Program-made: the position numbers and the translations under genes
Notes under the pieces: model-generated
What the model was told of the DNA's origin: nothing
Seen by the model: the letters and a program-made list of their open reading frames with translations, nothing else
The model's database searches: none
In this document: positions 11,634-25,299 of the stretch, one piece after another
Numbering within the stretch: position 1 is the stretch's first letter
Layout of the letters: each line of letters starts with the position of its first letter
Origin: Pelomyxa schiedti
Lineage: Eukaryota > Protista > Evosea
Length of the DNA: 64,000 nucleotides
Assembly (NCBI GenBank): GCA_020536535.1
Contig: JAHLWZ010000831.1
Location: 1 to 64,000 of the forward strand
Reading direction: 5' to 3'

Positions 11634-13120
11634 ATGAGTTTTTCGTCATGTCAGCTGTCCTGGTCTCCCGTGTACATCACTGAGGGAGTGGCTGTGGTGT
11701 GGGGGTCGAACAAGCACGGGCAGCTGGGGCTCGGAACTCAGAGCAGCAGGGAGGAGGCGCCCAAGCCGCTCTACTCGTTGCAACTTGGCGGTGGCCGTGG
11801 TGCTGTTGTGACCGCATCATGTGGGGGCGAGTTCACCGTCGCGCTGCTGAGTATGTTCCCTCGCTCGTGCGGTGTTGTGGACATGTTTCTGTCGAATGTA
11901 GATGATAATGTACATTATGCCCTGCCATATTTATTTGTTTGGGCCTGGGATATCAATGTGCTACAAGATTCGGGGCAGGTGTTTAGCTGGGGATACAACA
12001 AATTTGGACAGCTTGGCCTTGGCGATGTAAATAATAGGACAGCTCCTTGTGAAGTTACCTTGCTTAGGGCAGAAGGCGTCATTGCTATTGCTTGTGGGGG
12101 ATACCATACCTTGGCAAAAACAGGTTTGAGGTGACCTACCTTTTTCTTCATGGCTTAGTTTTCTCTTGTTTTTGATGCAGACTCCGGCATAATGTATTCC
12201 TGGGGTGCTGGCGACTATGGCCAACTTGGCTTGGGAACATTTGATCCCGTTACTTGCACTCCTCACCCAATCCCAGCCCTAGGTGGTAGGAATGTTACGC
12301 AGATATCATGCGGTGCCTGGCACAGTGCCGCACTTTACCGTAATTTTTCTTTACTGGTTCCCAGTTCTGCCCTTACAACTACAGCTATTGCTCTAAATTC
12401 TTAGATTCGGGTGAACTGTACACTTGGGGGAATAATGAACAAGGACAGCTTGGTTTGGGGGATTTGTATAATCGGAACACTCCACAGCTCGTCAGTAGCA
12501 TCAATGGTCCTGTGGCTTTTGTTTCTTGTGGCTGTACCAACACCTTTGCAGTTAGAGGTAAGCTCCTATCGTATTTGCCCTGACTTCTGATAATGTCTAG
12601 GGAATGGAGTTGTATTTTCTTGGGGAAACAACGAGTATGGGCAACTAGGATTCTCCGGCAATGGAACAGTGATGACACCGCATTCTGTATCTTTTTTTCG
12701 GAGAGAGAGAGTAGTTTCTATCAGTTGCGGTATCAGTCATACAGTAGCGCTTTTAAGTGAGTTGCCAATTTACCACACAGAGCGGTTACCAACCTCTTGC
12801 TAGAATCTGGAGATATTGTTGTATGTGGAAGCAACAGAGATGGGGAATTGGGAATGGGCGACGCTAATCCAAGGTCCGAGTTTTCACGAATTCCCCAGCT
12901 CAGACAACCTGTCAAAGCCATTCAATGTGGGGCCGAACATACATATGTACTCCTTGGTAGTGCTACTGATCTTTGTTTGTACCTCACACTTGGGTTCACA
13001 GAGTCCGGAACCGTTCTTGCCTGTGGAAACAATAAAGATGGGCAGTTGGGGCTGGGAGATGTGAAGAATAGACCTTTGCTAGAAGAGATAACCGCCTTGC
13101 GAGGTTGTACCTTTTTATAA
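11634..13120 (+). CDS. RCC1-repeat beta-propeller protein (multi-exon; 3' end may extend to about 13230)
   Basis: About 7 repeats such as WGSNKHGQLGLG...SCGGEFT, WGYNKFGQLGLG...ACGGYHT and WGAGDYGQLGLG...SCGAWHS. Confidence 0.9.
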
Positions 13121-13416
13121 GAAGATTAATTAATCCCTAAAAAAAACACTCAGTTTGGCGGTGGAGAAATCCCTCTCTGGTGTGCCTGGTATGCCCCTCC
13201 AGTTCCCACAAAATGAAAATCACCTGATATCACCCACAGCTGGTTGGGTGGAAAAGAAACACTTCCCTATTATCCCGGTTGCCTCTACCAGTACTACAGC
13301 TCATCACTGAGTATCTTTGGGGTCCTTCTCCCTTTGTTTTCTGTGTCTGATTCCCACATCTCAAAAACAAGGAAAGAACAAACAGAGATTGCCTATTCTA
13401 TGTCATTTTTTTTTGG

Positions 13417-14992
13417 TTATGTCTTGGAATTCTTTGGGGGTGGCCTTTCGTCTTGTCTCTCAAAGAGTCTCCTCTGCAATTCCCTGTTAGCTTGTTGCAT
13501 CTCTCGGTTTGATTGTTGCATTTCGAGGTTGCTTTTTTGTAGTTCCCGGTTTGTCTGAAGCATCTCGATGTTGGTTTGTTGAAGTTGAACCCTGCTATCC
13601 TTCATCTCAGTAATCAGTGTCAGAAGCAGAGTCTTTTCTTGCTGTTGCCCCTCGATCATTTGCGCCAATAATCTCTAAAAGAGTATTAGTAAAAGTCAAG
13701 CTCACAACTTTTGTATCACAAACCTCATTTCTTTGAGCAGAGTCCACAAGATAGCGGGCCAGACTCTGGTTTGAGCGGCGATGAGAAGAAACTTCATGGC
13801 TAGGCATACTAGAGGCTGAGTTATCGGCTGGTGCAAGTAAGGTGGTAATAAGTAAGAGAATGTTGTCTAACCAGAACCAGCAACTAGAGACATCTTACTT
13901 CCTGGAACTAACGCAGTGTCCAGAGATGAACTATGTATGTGATGAGATGACGAAGATGTGGTTGTTGTAGTAGTGGTGGTTGGTGGCGGGGGCGGAGGTG
14001 CAGCAGCCGAGGTGCTAGTAGATGAGTGAGTGGATGTGGTTGCATGGGAGTGTGTGGAAGTGGTTGAGGACGAGGGAGCTGAGTCATGACTGCGTCTGGA
14101 ACTAATGCTAATGTTGGATCTCTTGGGTGCTGGTGGTGTTATCTTCTCCGCCGGGGTTGAAGTGGAAGGAAGGCGTTTGTATGATTTCTGTGGAGCCTTT
14201 GGTGGGGAGATTCCTTCGAGATACTGCTTGGTACTGTGACCGGGTTCACTCTTGGAGAAGACTTTAACGATGTCGTCCACGCCATATCTCAGGCTTTTTT
14301 ATTTGGCGTCGTAGGGTAAATAGAATAGACAAAGTAAAGAGTAACTACATTGGTGTTCTGCTATCTTGCGCACGAAAGTTTGGATGCACAAACTTTAATT
14401 CACGTATACCTTTGGTTTTTTTTTTTTAAATTAAACTAACGTTGAGAAGAAGATTGACTGAAATAGTACGCGTGCCGGTTTCAGCCCGTCTGCAAAAGAA
14501 AGAGTGTCTCTTTGCTCCAGTTCTCTGAACCATAGCCTCAATCACAAGTGGAGCAGCATTCATCCATACAGCCACAAGGTTTCCGGGTGCCAAAACAAAC
14601 GCAGAGCCCTTCTTCCCACGGGGCGGGACCATCTTGTAGTTGTCAAAGAAAACGTCCTTGTTCTTTGTTCCCAACTGCTTCCCAGGCTCAATGTTCCAAC
14701 TGCCGTACTCGCAACAAGACAATTTCGTCGGCCTTTTCATCGTCGCCACCGCGGACGTGGATCGCCTTCTCCTCTTCGCGCTGCTCCCGCTCCCATAATC
14801 GCTATCGCTACTACTGCTGCTGCTACTGCTGCTGCTTAAGCTGTCGCTGTCACTGTCGCTTTCGTTTTCGCTGACACTTTGGCGCGCTCTGGGATCTCCT
14901 TTGGTTCTCGGCTCGATCTCTTCGTTGACACCGTCGCCGCTGTCATCGTCCTCCGTGTCGTAGTCTTCACCAAGCTCCCCTGTCTGAGCCAT
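13417..14992 (-). CDS. Hypothetical protein: acidic/Ser-rich N-terminus, Ser/Thr/Pro linker, C-terminal coiled coil
   Basis: Co-oriented ORFs 14426-15043, 13867-14280 and 13417-13668 with intron-like gaps; heptad repeats ELQKSNLEMQQSNREMQQANRE. Confidence 0.6.
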
Positions 14993-15135
14993 CTTCTCTT
15001 TGTTTTTTCTGTTTACCGCAAGGCAAGGCAAATATTTTCCCAAAAAAGGGGAAGATGGGAGACACTAGATTCGCGTGCAGGTGTTTTTTTTTTTTTGGTA
15101 CAAGTGGTAGGTGTGTGGTTGATTGCTGTACAATT

Positions 15136-18100
15136 CTAGTGTGATGTGGGGGTTTTTGTGGCAGATATGGGGGTGAATGTGGGGGGTTGTGGGTTGGTTG
15201 TGTTGTGTTCTTCTGTGGCTAGGTCCAATTGTGCCTTGAGCCGGTCTTCAATTTCAGAAAAGCCTTTTTGTTTGTGCATGGGTACTCAAAAGGGGGGGAG
15301 GTGAGTGAGTATTAGTACTAGGGCGAGAACAGGGGTCCTGCTCCCAACATTCAGTGACTAGCCGGTCGTATCCATCTGGGCATGTTTCAGGTATTGGCAT
15401 TCTCTGTTTTTATTTCAGTAGTGTGTGATGGTGTGAATAGGAAAAACTGGCACTAAAGGGTGGAGGCTACCTTGCCCTCCAGTATGAACTTGGAAACCTC
15501 TGTTGGTGATGTTATTCCAGGGCGAAAAATCCTATTTACGAAAGCACACGCGCGATGGTTTTGAACTGCGCCTGAGGGTACGCATCACCATTCACATACA
15601 GTTCATACAAGGTAACTCCATAACTGAAGTGCTTGTACTTGGCGGGATTTGAAAGAGGGGACCTATTACCTGAATACGTCACATGCTTTGTTATAGCCAG
15701 TATCCCCAGTTGGTAAAATCAGCTCTGGTGCTAGATACTGCGCCGTTCCAAGTCCGAGCGTATATCTTGAAAACACAGTCAAGAAGGAGGCGTGATAACA
15801 GAGAATGAACTTATTTGATAAGTCTGACTCGTTTACATCTCTAGTTGTACCAAAGTCTGTAGAAACTGAGAATTGTGCCCCCCTCCCGTCCAAGTGTACC
15901 TGTAATTTTACAACTCACAGGTGCTTCTAGTGTCATGGCTGTTACAAGTAGATTGTCTGAAAAGAATGGTCACGCAGGATAACATGCAAATACCAACCTG
16001 GCTTAAAATCTCTGTGTATAATTCCATTGGAGTGCAAGTAGTGCATACCTTGAGTGGAGGTTGTTTTTACTTCAATACGTGGTGGAGGTGCTACCTTTTG
16101 CAGCATCACAAGCCATTTTAACTTTGAGGCAGTAACACAATAAATACTTTTTTAACACCTACATATGTCAGTAAACGATGTTACTACACTTGATACCGAA
16201 GCTAAACTTCCAAACTCACAAAACTCCTATTCAATACCGAAAAAGACAATGAGTATGAAATGTGTAAAAATTGGAACAACTGTAACAATACAGAGTTTTC
16301 CTGGTGTGGTAACGGCACCTAGATGAGCCGTTTTCTTAGAAATTGGTTAACAAATAACTGCTCACCAATAAATGTTACACAGTAGATTGATCGAATATCT
16401 TCCATCATTTGTATTTCACGCATAAATTTTTCTAAAAGAGTATCATGTAGCTGTGGGTACTTCAGAACCTAAGAACATACTCTCGTTAGTTGGTTAGTGT
16501 CATCTTCACTCGTTTACCTTCACAGCAACATCGTTCTCTCTCCACAGACCTTTATATACCACTCCAAAGCCGCCAATTCCAATGGGGGGCTGTTTAAGTT
16601 GAATATCATCAAAATCAAGCCTTGTAGAGAGCTTGGTTTCAATGTTACCCTTGACTTGTGTGCAAACTGAGGTAGACTTGCCTTCCTCTACAAAAAATCA
16701 ATGCAGAAACATGTGGAGGTTGCTTACTGCCGGCTTCAATTATAACTTGAATGTGTGAGCGTGTCGTGCAATGAAACGTCACTGTTATGGTTACAGTAAA
16801 ACTGTCTTTCTGTACTGTATTTCAATCGGAATTTGAAAAACAGCTAAGTTCACCTGTCTTACAAGGCCAGTTGGGGGATCAAAATTAATATCAAACTTGT
16901 CGGAAGGTTCATGCCTACAAGCAAATACAACTGCATATCGGTGTTTGTTGGCTAGTATAATGGATTCCTGCAGGGGGGTCCCAATGGGTGCCTTATTACT
17001 ACCGAGCCCCAGTGTTAGCACTTGGGGTTTGATACAAAGAGGAAATTGCTCCACGTGAACTGAGGGAGTGTATCTTGGAAAAGTGAGTTTCCTGAACCTT
17101 TTCAATTGCTTGGGTACTTGTCACTGTTTATAGACAGTAATCTTTGCTGCTCTTCACATTTTTTCTTTCTTTTATTCCTTTTCCCGGGTTATGAGGCATA
17201 AAATAAAAGGAAATTAACCTCAAAAAGAAACATGCAGCCATGATGCCAGCACAGCTGCTAATAAGAATTATCAAGATTACTGCTGTGGTAATAAGAAAGA
17301 TCCATGGTACGCCTTGTGTCTCTTTAGCACTTTTTTTGATAATGAAACAACACACATTCAATGTAATACCAATCGAGTTGCGTGGCAGAAGTGTTACACA
17401 TTCTGGCGCACCCAGAGTTTTCTCCTTCTCCGTAACATTCCCCATCTATATAACATCCCAGGAAAGTGTCATTTGGATCTGACTGGGTAACACATTCACA
17501 GAGTGAAGTCTCACGTTTCAAATTACACATGCATGGATAAGGATCCACGCAGTTAACACAGTTCTCTGACACGTCACTGTTGTATGTGAGAGTAGAAAAA
17601 AGGAGTATCAAGTGTTATACCACTCAACAACAGTTAGGAAAAACTCTGTGAGCACAGAACTGTTTCCAGAGAGTAAATTCGAAGCAAGTTTTAGAGTGGA
17701 AAGAATGGTGAGATTGGAAAGTGTCAGCGGAACTTCCCCACCAAGTTCGTTATGTTCAAAGCTCCTAGAATGAAATAAATTGTTGACACGATGTGGATCA
17801 CCCACAGTAATTGTAAATAAGCTAACTGTCCGAGTTCGGGAGGTAGAGTTCCTTGAAGTTGATTGGCTGAAAAGTCCCTGAAATGCAACTGTCACGTGGG
17901 AAATTAAATGAATTGCACTGTAACGCACAACGACATCAGTGAAGGCAAGCTTCCCAATTGTGTTGGTATGGTTCCTGTTAGTTGGTTGTACGAACAGTCC
18001 CTTGACACATCATACAACTTGGTAAGGAATGTAACACCATACAATGCTAAAAGTTCGCGTAATTCGCCAAAGGAGCTCGGTATTGTACCCATGAGCTGAT

Positions 18101-20078
18101 TTTGAGGTAAGCACCTGTAATACAACATCACCGGAAGAGAAATTAAGAGTACGCATACAGGTATTGAAGTGCAGATAAATGACCAATCGACTGGGGAATC
18201 GTACCAGAAAATTCGTTGGTTCCAAAATGTCTAACTCAGTGGCATTGGGAACCGTTGATTATAAGCAAAAAATTATACATGGCAGTTAGCAGCGTCATCA
18301 AAGAAGAAAACTCTGGTAGTGGCCCACTTAACTGATTGTCAGAAAGGTCCCTTGAAAGAAATTCAGATCATTACAGTAGAAAATCGAACTACAAAAAAGT
18401 AATCGAAGGTGTGGTTCCGAGAGAGGATGGTAAGGATCCCCCTAGATGGTTCCCAGAAACATCTCTTCTGAGGATAAGTGGATTTGAATAATGAAGTTAC
18501 TGACAGATAAGTTAGTGACTCTCCCGTAGACGGAATAGTTCCTGTGAGCTCATTATTCTCCACATTTCTGCTGTGACATCAGCAGTCTCAGAAGGGGTGT
18601 AATGTATTTACAAATATTGTAGTTTGTCCAAAGCCAACAATGGCGCTGGTAAAGATCCCTCGATATCATTATTGGACAGGTTTCTGTAGAAATAAGTGAG
18701 CGTCATTCCTGCTTCAAAGACTTACATTTCCAGAAGGGAAATCAAGTTGCCCAGTTCAGATGGTATTGTGCCATAAATTTGGTTTAAGCTCATGTCTCTT
18801 TATGAATCAAAAAAGGGAAAATGTATCTTCTCTGTGAATACTAATAGGAAGTCTTACAGGTATTGTAATTCAATCAAGGAGCCGAGCTCTGTTGAAAGCA
18901 CACCAGCAAATCTATTGTTCTGGAGGTTTCTTGGGAAAGTTAATTGCAATACACGGAGGTGTTGGAAAGATACATAGAACTCAACCCCATGTTTTGGAAA
19001 CTTGGAATACTTCCAGCAAGTTGATTTCGTGAGAAATCACTGGGTGTTGTTAAAGAGGTTAGAGAGCGAGGCATACAGGGTAGTCATAGCAGTCAGTTTT
19101 AGTATTGCATCTGACACTAAGCCTGATAATCCATTTTGAGACAGATCTCTGTCTTGTTTAGGCTGTTGCCACAATTGCAAAAATGTGGTTATACAATAGT
19201 ATCAAGGATGAAATATCATAAATTGTTGCAGGTATGGCACCAGAAAAGAAGTTGTTACTCAAATCCCTAAGGACAATTTCCACAAAGTGTAAGTGTTAAT
19301 TGTGACCTACAGTGCTATCAGGTTTCTCAGAAGTCCAAGAGAAATAGGAATGGTAGCCAATAGATCGTTGTCAGATAAATCTCTGGAAATTGGATATTGC
19401 AACGCCAATAAAATCCCCCAAAAAACTTACAACTGCTGAAGGCTACACAAGTCACCCAGAGAGGAAGGTAATTCGCCCTCAAGAAGGGTATCAGACATGT
19501 CTCTGCTCAAAACTGAGAATAAACAAGTGCATTATTATGGAATGCACAGAATTTTGATGTAGCACAAATCCACGATACACTCTGGAAACTGTGACAAGAA
19601 TATAGTTCCAGTCAAGTCCCTTAGCATCAGCAATCCAATAGGGGAAAAAAAAAAAGTGAAATAGAGTAAGCCAAGGTGCCCAGCCAAAAAAAATGTTGGC
19701 AGTTTCCATGCATATGACATAGTCTTGAATATTGTTTGTATACATAGTTTTGATGTGTCCCACAAGTTCGTCGGGGACATTGTCGCCCTGGCTGAAACAC
19801 TGCACGCCATCCAGGTCCATCATCCCATCATCAGGGCACGGCACACTGAAATTGCAGGGGTCCTCAGCCCACAACCAAGGATACGTCGTCGCAAGCTCAC
19901 ACAACACCCTCACCTCCGACTCCAAGCTACATCGTGCAACTGATGAAGATGATGAAGATGAAACGGCACTGACCAGGGTAGGCAATGTGAATGAGAGGCA
20001 AGACAGAATGGCAACTAGAATAACAAAAACAACAGTGCACGAGACTGGATCCAACGACCACCAGGCACGCCCCCTCAT
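15136..20078 (-). CDS. LRR receptor-like transmembrane kinase (TKL group), many exons
   Basis: Signal-like N-terminus; plant-type LRRs (NQLTGTIPTQLGSL); Cys-rich segment; TM helix (WIFLITTAVILIILI); kinase motifs PIGIGGFGVVYKG, DVAVK, HRDFKP, DFG, GTAQYLAPE. Confidence 0.9.
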
Positions 20079-20276
20079 GCTGCACCCGGAATGGCGTTGC
20101 AGCTCGTTGTGATTTGTTGGTTTTGTGCCGTTTGTTTCGGTATTTTGTCTTTTTTCCGTTTATTTTTTTGGGTGGACTTCGAAGTGAAATGACTGAAAAA
20201 TGCACATCGGCTTTTTGTTGCCCTTTTTTGTGTAGGCTTGGGGAACTTGATATCTAACAGTGACGCAACGAGTCAT

Positions 20277-22161
20277 TTAGTGACGGTCAGGTTCTTCTTG
20301 GTGAGGATATTCAGGCCTGGCGGTCCAGGTTATCTCTCTGACTAGTATTGTACCGTCAGCGAGAAGCTTCTCGTTTGGCTTCAGAGAGGTGTCTCTTGGT
20401 GAATTCCATTCTTGTAGTATAATAAGACAGCCTCGGTTTCCACAGCGATAGCAATAGTTGGAGCAGCTATACACAGTGCATACTCTATTATCCATTTCCC
20501 AGATTATCCCCTCCATTACAAGCCTGTGGCTTCTGATAATGCAATGCAGATTGCTCGCAGTAAGGAATTGGCCACATGCATGACCCCCAAAAATGGCTGC
20601 AAAAAAGGGAAAAAACGTAAGGAATGGAAAAGCCCAAAATTGCATCTGACACATACATCCAGCTCCGCGGGGGGAAAAAGTCCAATCTTCAATTGATGGA
20701 TCTGGATCCGACCACACAAGATCAGTCATCTATATATTATACAAGTAAATTCACGCCCAACCAAGGAGGGGTGTTTACAAGGCCGGCATGAGGGAACTCA
20801 CAAAATCGGTCAAGCTTGCAGATGTCGTCCATTTCATGCAAATCTTATTACGAGTTATGTAAAAAAGGCGGAGAATTGGGGCATTAACCTGGGCTTGGAC
20901 CTCCATGAACTGCAAATACTCTGTTCCCAGCAATGGCAGCCTGGTATATTCAATTTCAAGTAAGAATAATTGTATGTATACCAATGGGAGAGCGTCGAAG
21001 ACATCACACAACCGAGACCAGGGACTATCATCTTTATAGATAGCTTTACATTCATCAAATAACCCATAAATCTGCGTCAACTGCCTGCATTCATGATTTC
21101 CTCTTATATTTATTTGTTACTACGGAGTTGTAGTTCCTGGGAAGGAAAAAAAACCTGAGCAAAGTCACAAATGAAGGGTAAAGGAGTTTCAACGCCAATA
21201 TAAGTGTGATGCACTGCACTGACCAGCGCCTATTTTATTGTCGTAATGAGAATGAGAGGTGCTGCAACAATAAGGCTACTAACCCCCTGTCAACATAATC
21301 GCCCAGGAAAAGGAAAGAATTCCGTGGAGGAGGCGCCACAAGGCTAAGTACATGATGCAGGTCCTCCAGTTGCCCATGAATATCTCCGACAATCACAACC
21401 TTTAGGATTAGAGCTTAGAACCACCCCTCAATGTAACCCTAAAAAAAATCAACACAAACAAGAAAGAAAGAGAGAGAGAGAAAACCACTCACTGGTAGCG
21501 GCACATTCACCACGTTGGGTTGTTTCCTCAAAAGGAAAATGGCACCCTCAGCCAAAAGGGCCAATTGATCAGCTGCCAAAGGAGCCGGGGGAGCAGGAGG
21601 CTCAATCACAGGCTCCCCAGTATTCGCACTCTCTCCACAAACAGCAGCAGATGAAGCAGATTCACTTGACACAATAGTAGTATTTGCTGCCGTGGTCGAA
21701 CCGCAAGAAGCTGACGAAGTTGTAGTTGAAGTAGTAGTAGGAGAGGAAGAGGCAGAAGCAGAAGCAGAAGCAGGAGCAGGAGCAGGAGGGGGAAGTGGAA
21801 TCATAAATGGAGCGTGCTGTGAAAGCAAGCACCTGGCAACAGTCCTGGCTTTCCTAAGGGGCCCCCTCATGTGCTCCAGGAACCTCTCGCGCCAGACGAG
21901 GCGGCAGGGCTCCTCGGCTGCCGCAACTATGGGAGGGAACCACGCCACGTCACCGCCGGTGGAAATGAACATTGGGCGCCAGAACAGGGTGTCCACGTTG
22001 AAGTTCTCGTTGGCCAAGAAGGTCGCGTAGCGTGATGGGGGTGTTGATGTGGCCCTCCACAGTCTGGGCCATGACACGATCAGATTCCAACTGCTGAGAT
22101 CGTCTTCCGTGGCAAGTTCCAAGCACAACCGGGCCACGATGTGAAGAGGCAGCCGTTCCAT
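20277..22161 (-). CDS. PPP-family Ser/Thr phosphatase (PP2A/PP4/PP6-like) with an F-box-like N-terminal extension
   Basis: GDIHGQ, GDYVDRG, GNHE, HGG, DLVWSDP, SPRGAG and NYCYRCGN across exons; N-terminus MERLPLHIVARLCLEL. Confidence 0.9.
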
Positions 22162-22448
22162 TGTTTCTTCACGTGTTGATTTTCTTTCGGAAAATTCTTT
22201 CGGGAGCAGTTTGATCGATCGATGGCAGTTTAAAACTACAGCGGTTGCTTAACGTGGAAATGATTGTTGTCTTCTCAAAATCCAACTGAGTAACGGCACC
22301 ATTCCAAGTTGGAGAGCTGCACACACATCACACTCACGCCAACATTGCCCAGTCTTCTCCTCTTGTCAACAAGTGTTGGTTCCATTGAACAAACTTGCAT
22401 TTCCGATCTTTAGTTTTTGCAGAAAGGTAAAAATCGCATCTCGATTGA

Positions 22449-23998
22449 ATGAAGGCGGTTGTTGTGGCACTTGTGATTGTGTTGTGGTGCGGGTCTGGGC
22501 TGTGTCAGCGAGACAAATGCGGCTCAGCGACAGTGATAAAGTCTGTGCCATTCCAGGAGTTCTCTGACACCATCACTTCCATTGCCTCGCACATCGACTG
22601 CGACTTGTACTCGAAGAGACTCCAGAAGTTCCGTGGTTCTTCTTCCTTTTTCCCCCCTTTTTCTTGTTAACTGGGGGGAAAAGGTGAATTTTGGCAGTTC
22701 ACTCCTGAGAGTGACATGTTACTGACTGCTTCTTTGTGTGATGGAAAAACTACGGACTTTGACACGTTACTTTTTATCTTTACGGAGTGCATTGCAGAGA
22801 ACAACACATCTACACAGTGTATAGACTACAACGATGACTTTTGTGTGGTCTTCTCTGAGGTCACGTGGCAGGCAAAATCTGGGATTACGTATTTCATCTT
22901 TATAACTGGGAAAGATGATCAAATTGGAGCGTATCAACTGAACCTCTACTCTCCTGGTGAGTGTCCTCTCAGCTACTTTTTGTAACCGCTGAACAAAGAC
23001 AACACGACACATCAGTGCGAATCTGCAATAGAAATAGATTCTCTTCCATTCAGGACTGTAGGTTCTACCTCTTTGGCGCCTGTTTCCTTTTCTCCTTGCC
23101 AGGAAACCGAGTCCCCAGGTAGTAATTCTCACTTTTTTTTTTCCCTTGTGACTTTTCTTTTATTCAAGGTGTGTGGTATTCAATTATTGGAAACGGTTCT
23201 ACACTGATTGCTGACACTTGTGCCGCACCTACGTTAAATACAATAATTGAGGTGATGGAAGACTGCGATACGTGCCTTACAATGGTAAAACCTTCCTTGA
23301 TATACAAGTGATGCCCTAACTAACTAATCTACCGTTCAGAATGATGACCTGTGTGAGTACCAATCCCAAATTTTATGGGATACAATCCCTGGGCATCGGT
23401 ACTTCATAAAAGTGGAAGGTGGATTTAATGCCAAAGGCCAATTTACACTTTCAGTGAATACTGGTTCTGACAGGATTATTTTTCAAAATGCTAACAAAAC
23501 CAGCTCAACCAATACCAAACTACAAGTGCACAACGGCGGAAGAAATCACCACACCATACCTGGGGACAACTGATTGTGCAACAGTACCACTCTCCTACAA
23601 TGAATGTATACCAGACCTTGACCCCAATGAGCTCAGTTCAGGCTGTCCTCTTTCTACTTTTATTTAACCTTCTTACAAAGCACTGTGGTGGAAGGTAATT
23701 GGTACTGGCAACATCATGGCAGTGTCTACATGTCATGCGAACGAACTGGTAATCTCGTAATAAGGACTGCCACTCACACTCTTTTGTGTAGGAGCCTGAC
23801 ACATTTATTGGCATTTACACAGATTGTGACGAGGCAACCAATAGAGCATCCAACTGTGTGGCATGGGCAGACGACGAGTGCTATGTGCACTCTATAATTG
23901 CCTTTCCATCGGTAGCAAACCAAACTTACTACATTGGAATTGCAGCCTACTTTGAAGGCGGGATATTCACAATGAGTGTCGATGAAGTAGAAAAATAG
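22449..23998 (+). CDS. Secreted protein with three Cys-containing PPC-like beta-sandwich repeats
   Basis: Signal peptide MKAVVVALVIVLWCGSGLC; repeat unit of the type FDTLLFIF..C...NDD.C...S.V.W...G.TY.I occurs about 3 times. Confidence 0.7.
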
Positions 23999-24099
23999 AA
24001 GTAATAGCGTTTTTATTTCTTACCTGCATTTTTACAGTTGTTTCTTTAGAAGTTCACATGGTTTAGGCATTCAATGAATGTCTCTTTCGCTTTGCGGGG

Positions 24100-25240
24100 C
24101 TATAAGTAATTTGAGTTTGGTGTTAGTTGAGGAGTTGTGTAAACCTTTGGTTCTCCTTTACGAGAGCCTTTACAACGACACAGCATCTCCAAACCAGTAA
24201 ACTGACTTCTTGTGTCCAGAAGGAGGAACACTCTAATTGGTGAAGTGTCCGCCAGTGTGAATATGAATGTGCATAATCCAACAGATATAGGGTCGCGTGT
24301 CTGCGGGTCTTCACAAAAGTCTTCAAAACGTGTCTCCAATTCCGAGGAAACCAAGCCTAAAATGAGTGCGGTTCCTCTTATTTGAGGACAAGCTCTGAAA
24401 AAAAAGGGCTGTGAATGTACAAGTAAAGAATAAATATATCACACTCTGAGTGCTGTAATTGCATCACGGTGACAGAAAAAGTACATACCTAGACAGGCGC
24501 TTGAGCTGACCCCCCAAGGCACCCTTCATATGTTCTTTACGGCAGCTCCTCGTAGGACCAATGCAATGACCAACAATAGCCTCCAACGTTCGTTCAGAAA
24601 CCTCAGCAGCCCTTCCATCACTCCTCTCACAAGAAGTGCTACCAGAATCAGAGGCGCACTCACAAACAGATACAGAAGTAGAACTAGAAGTAGAAGTCGA
24701 ACCCGAATCCGAAGCTGAAGCTGCAGTACCAGAGTCACAAGGGCCAGGGGGAGGGACTACAGGCCACGCAGCCAAAGCGACGCGGGTGGAGCACGAACGA
24801 CAGTCGGCCCCACACGAGCACATGTACCCGTCGTCCCACTCGCAGTCTCCCAGGGACGCCGGCCTGGATATTCGGCTTGCCCCAGGCGCCACGGGGCCCG
24901 GCGCGGGCGGGGGCATAGGGGGCCCGATGCCCCAGCGCGAGTAGTCGCAGAGGCGGACCAGGAGGCTGCCCGCGGGGTCCGGCGGGAGGGGCAGCAGCGG
25001 GGAGGTCTCGGGCACCCACACGGCCGCGTGGCGGAGCAGGCGCGAGACCAGCGACGCCCGGGCGGCGGCCCGCGTGGCGCGGCAGACCCACAAGGCGCGG
25101 ACCAGGAGCGCCGCGGGGGCGTGCTCGCACCTCACCACAAGCACCAGTGCCTCTAGAGTCACTGTTGGTTCTAGTGCTGGTGTTGTTGCTGTAGTTGCGG
25201 GGTTCCACGGCTCGAGTGCGCTGCTTAATGAGGCACCCAT
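24100..25240 (-). CDS. Hypothetical protein, tandem paralogue A
   Basis: ORFs 24464-25240 and 24100-24354; shares LLVRALWVC, YSRWGIGP and ACPQIRG..LILGLVSSELETR with its neighbour. Confidence 0.75.
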
Positions 25241-25299
25241 CAGAAAACGGAAATGTCGAAGGCGTTTCTTCAGATAGTTTTTTTTTCAGTGCTTTGTTG

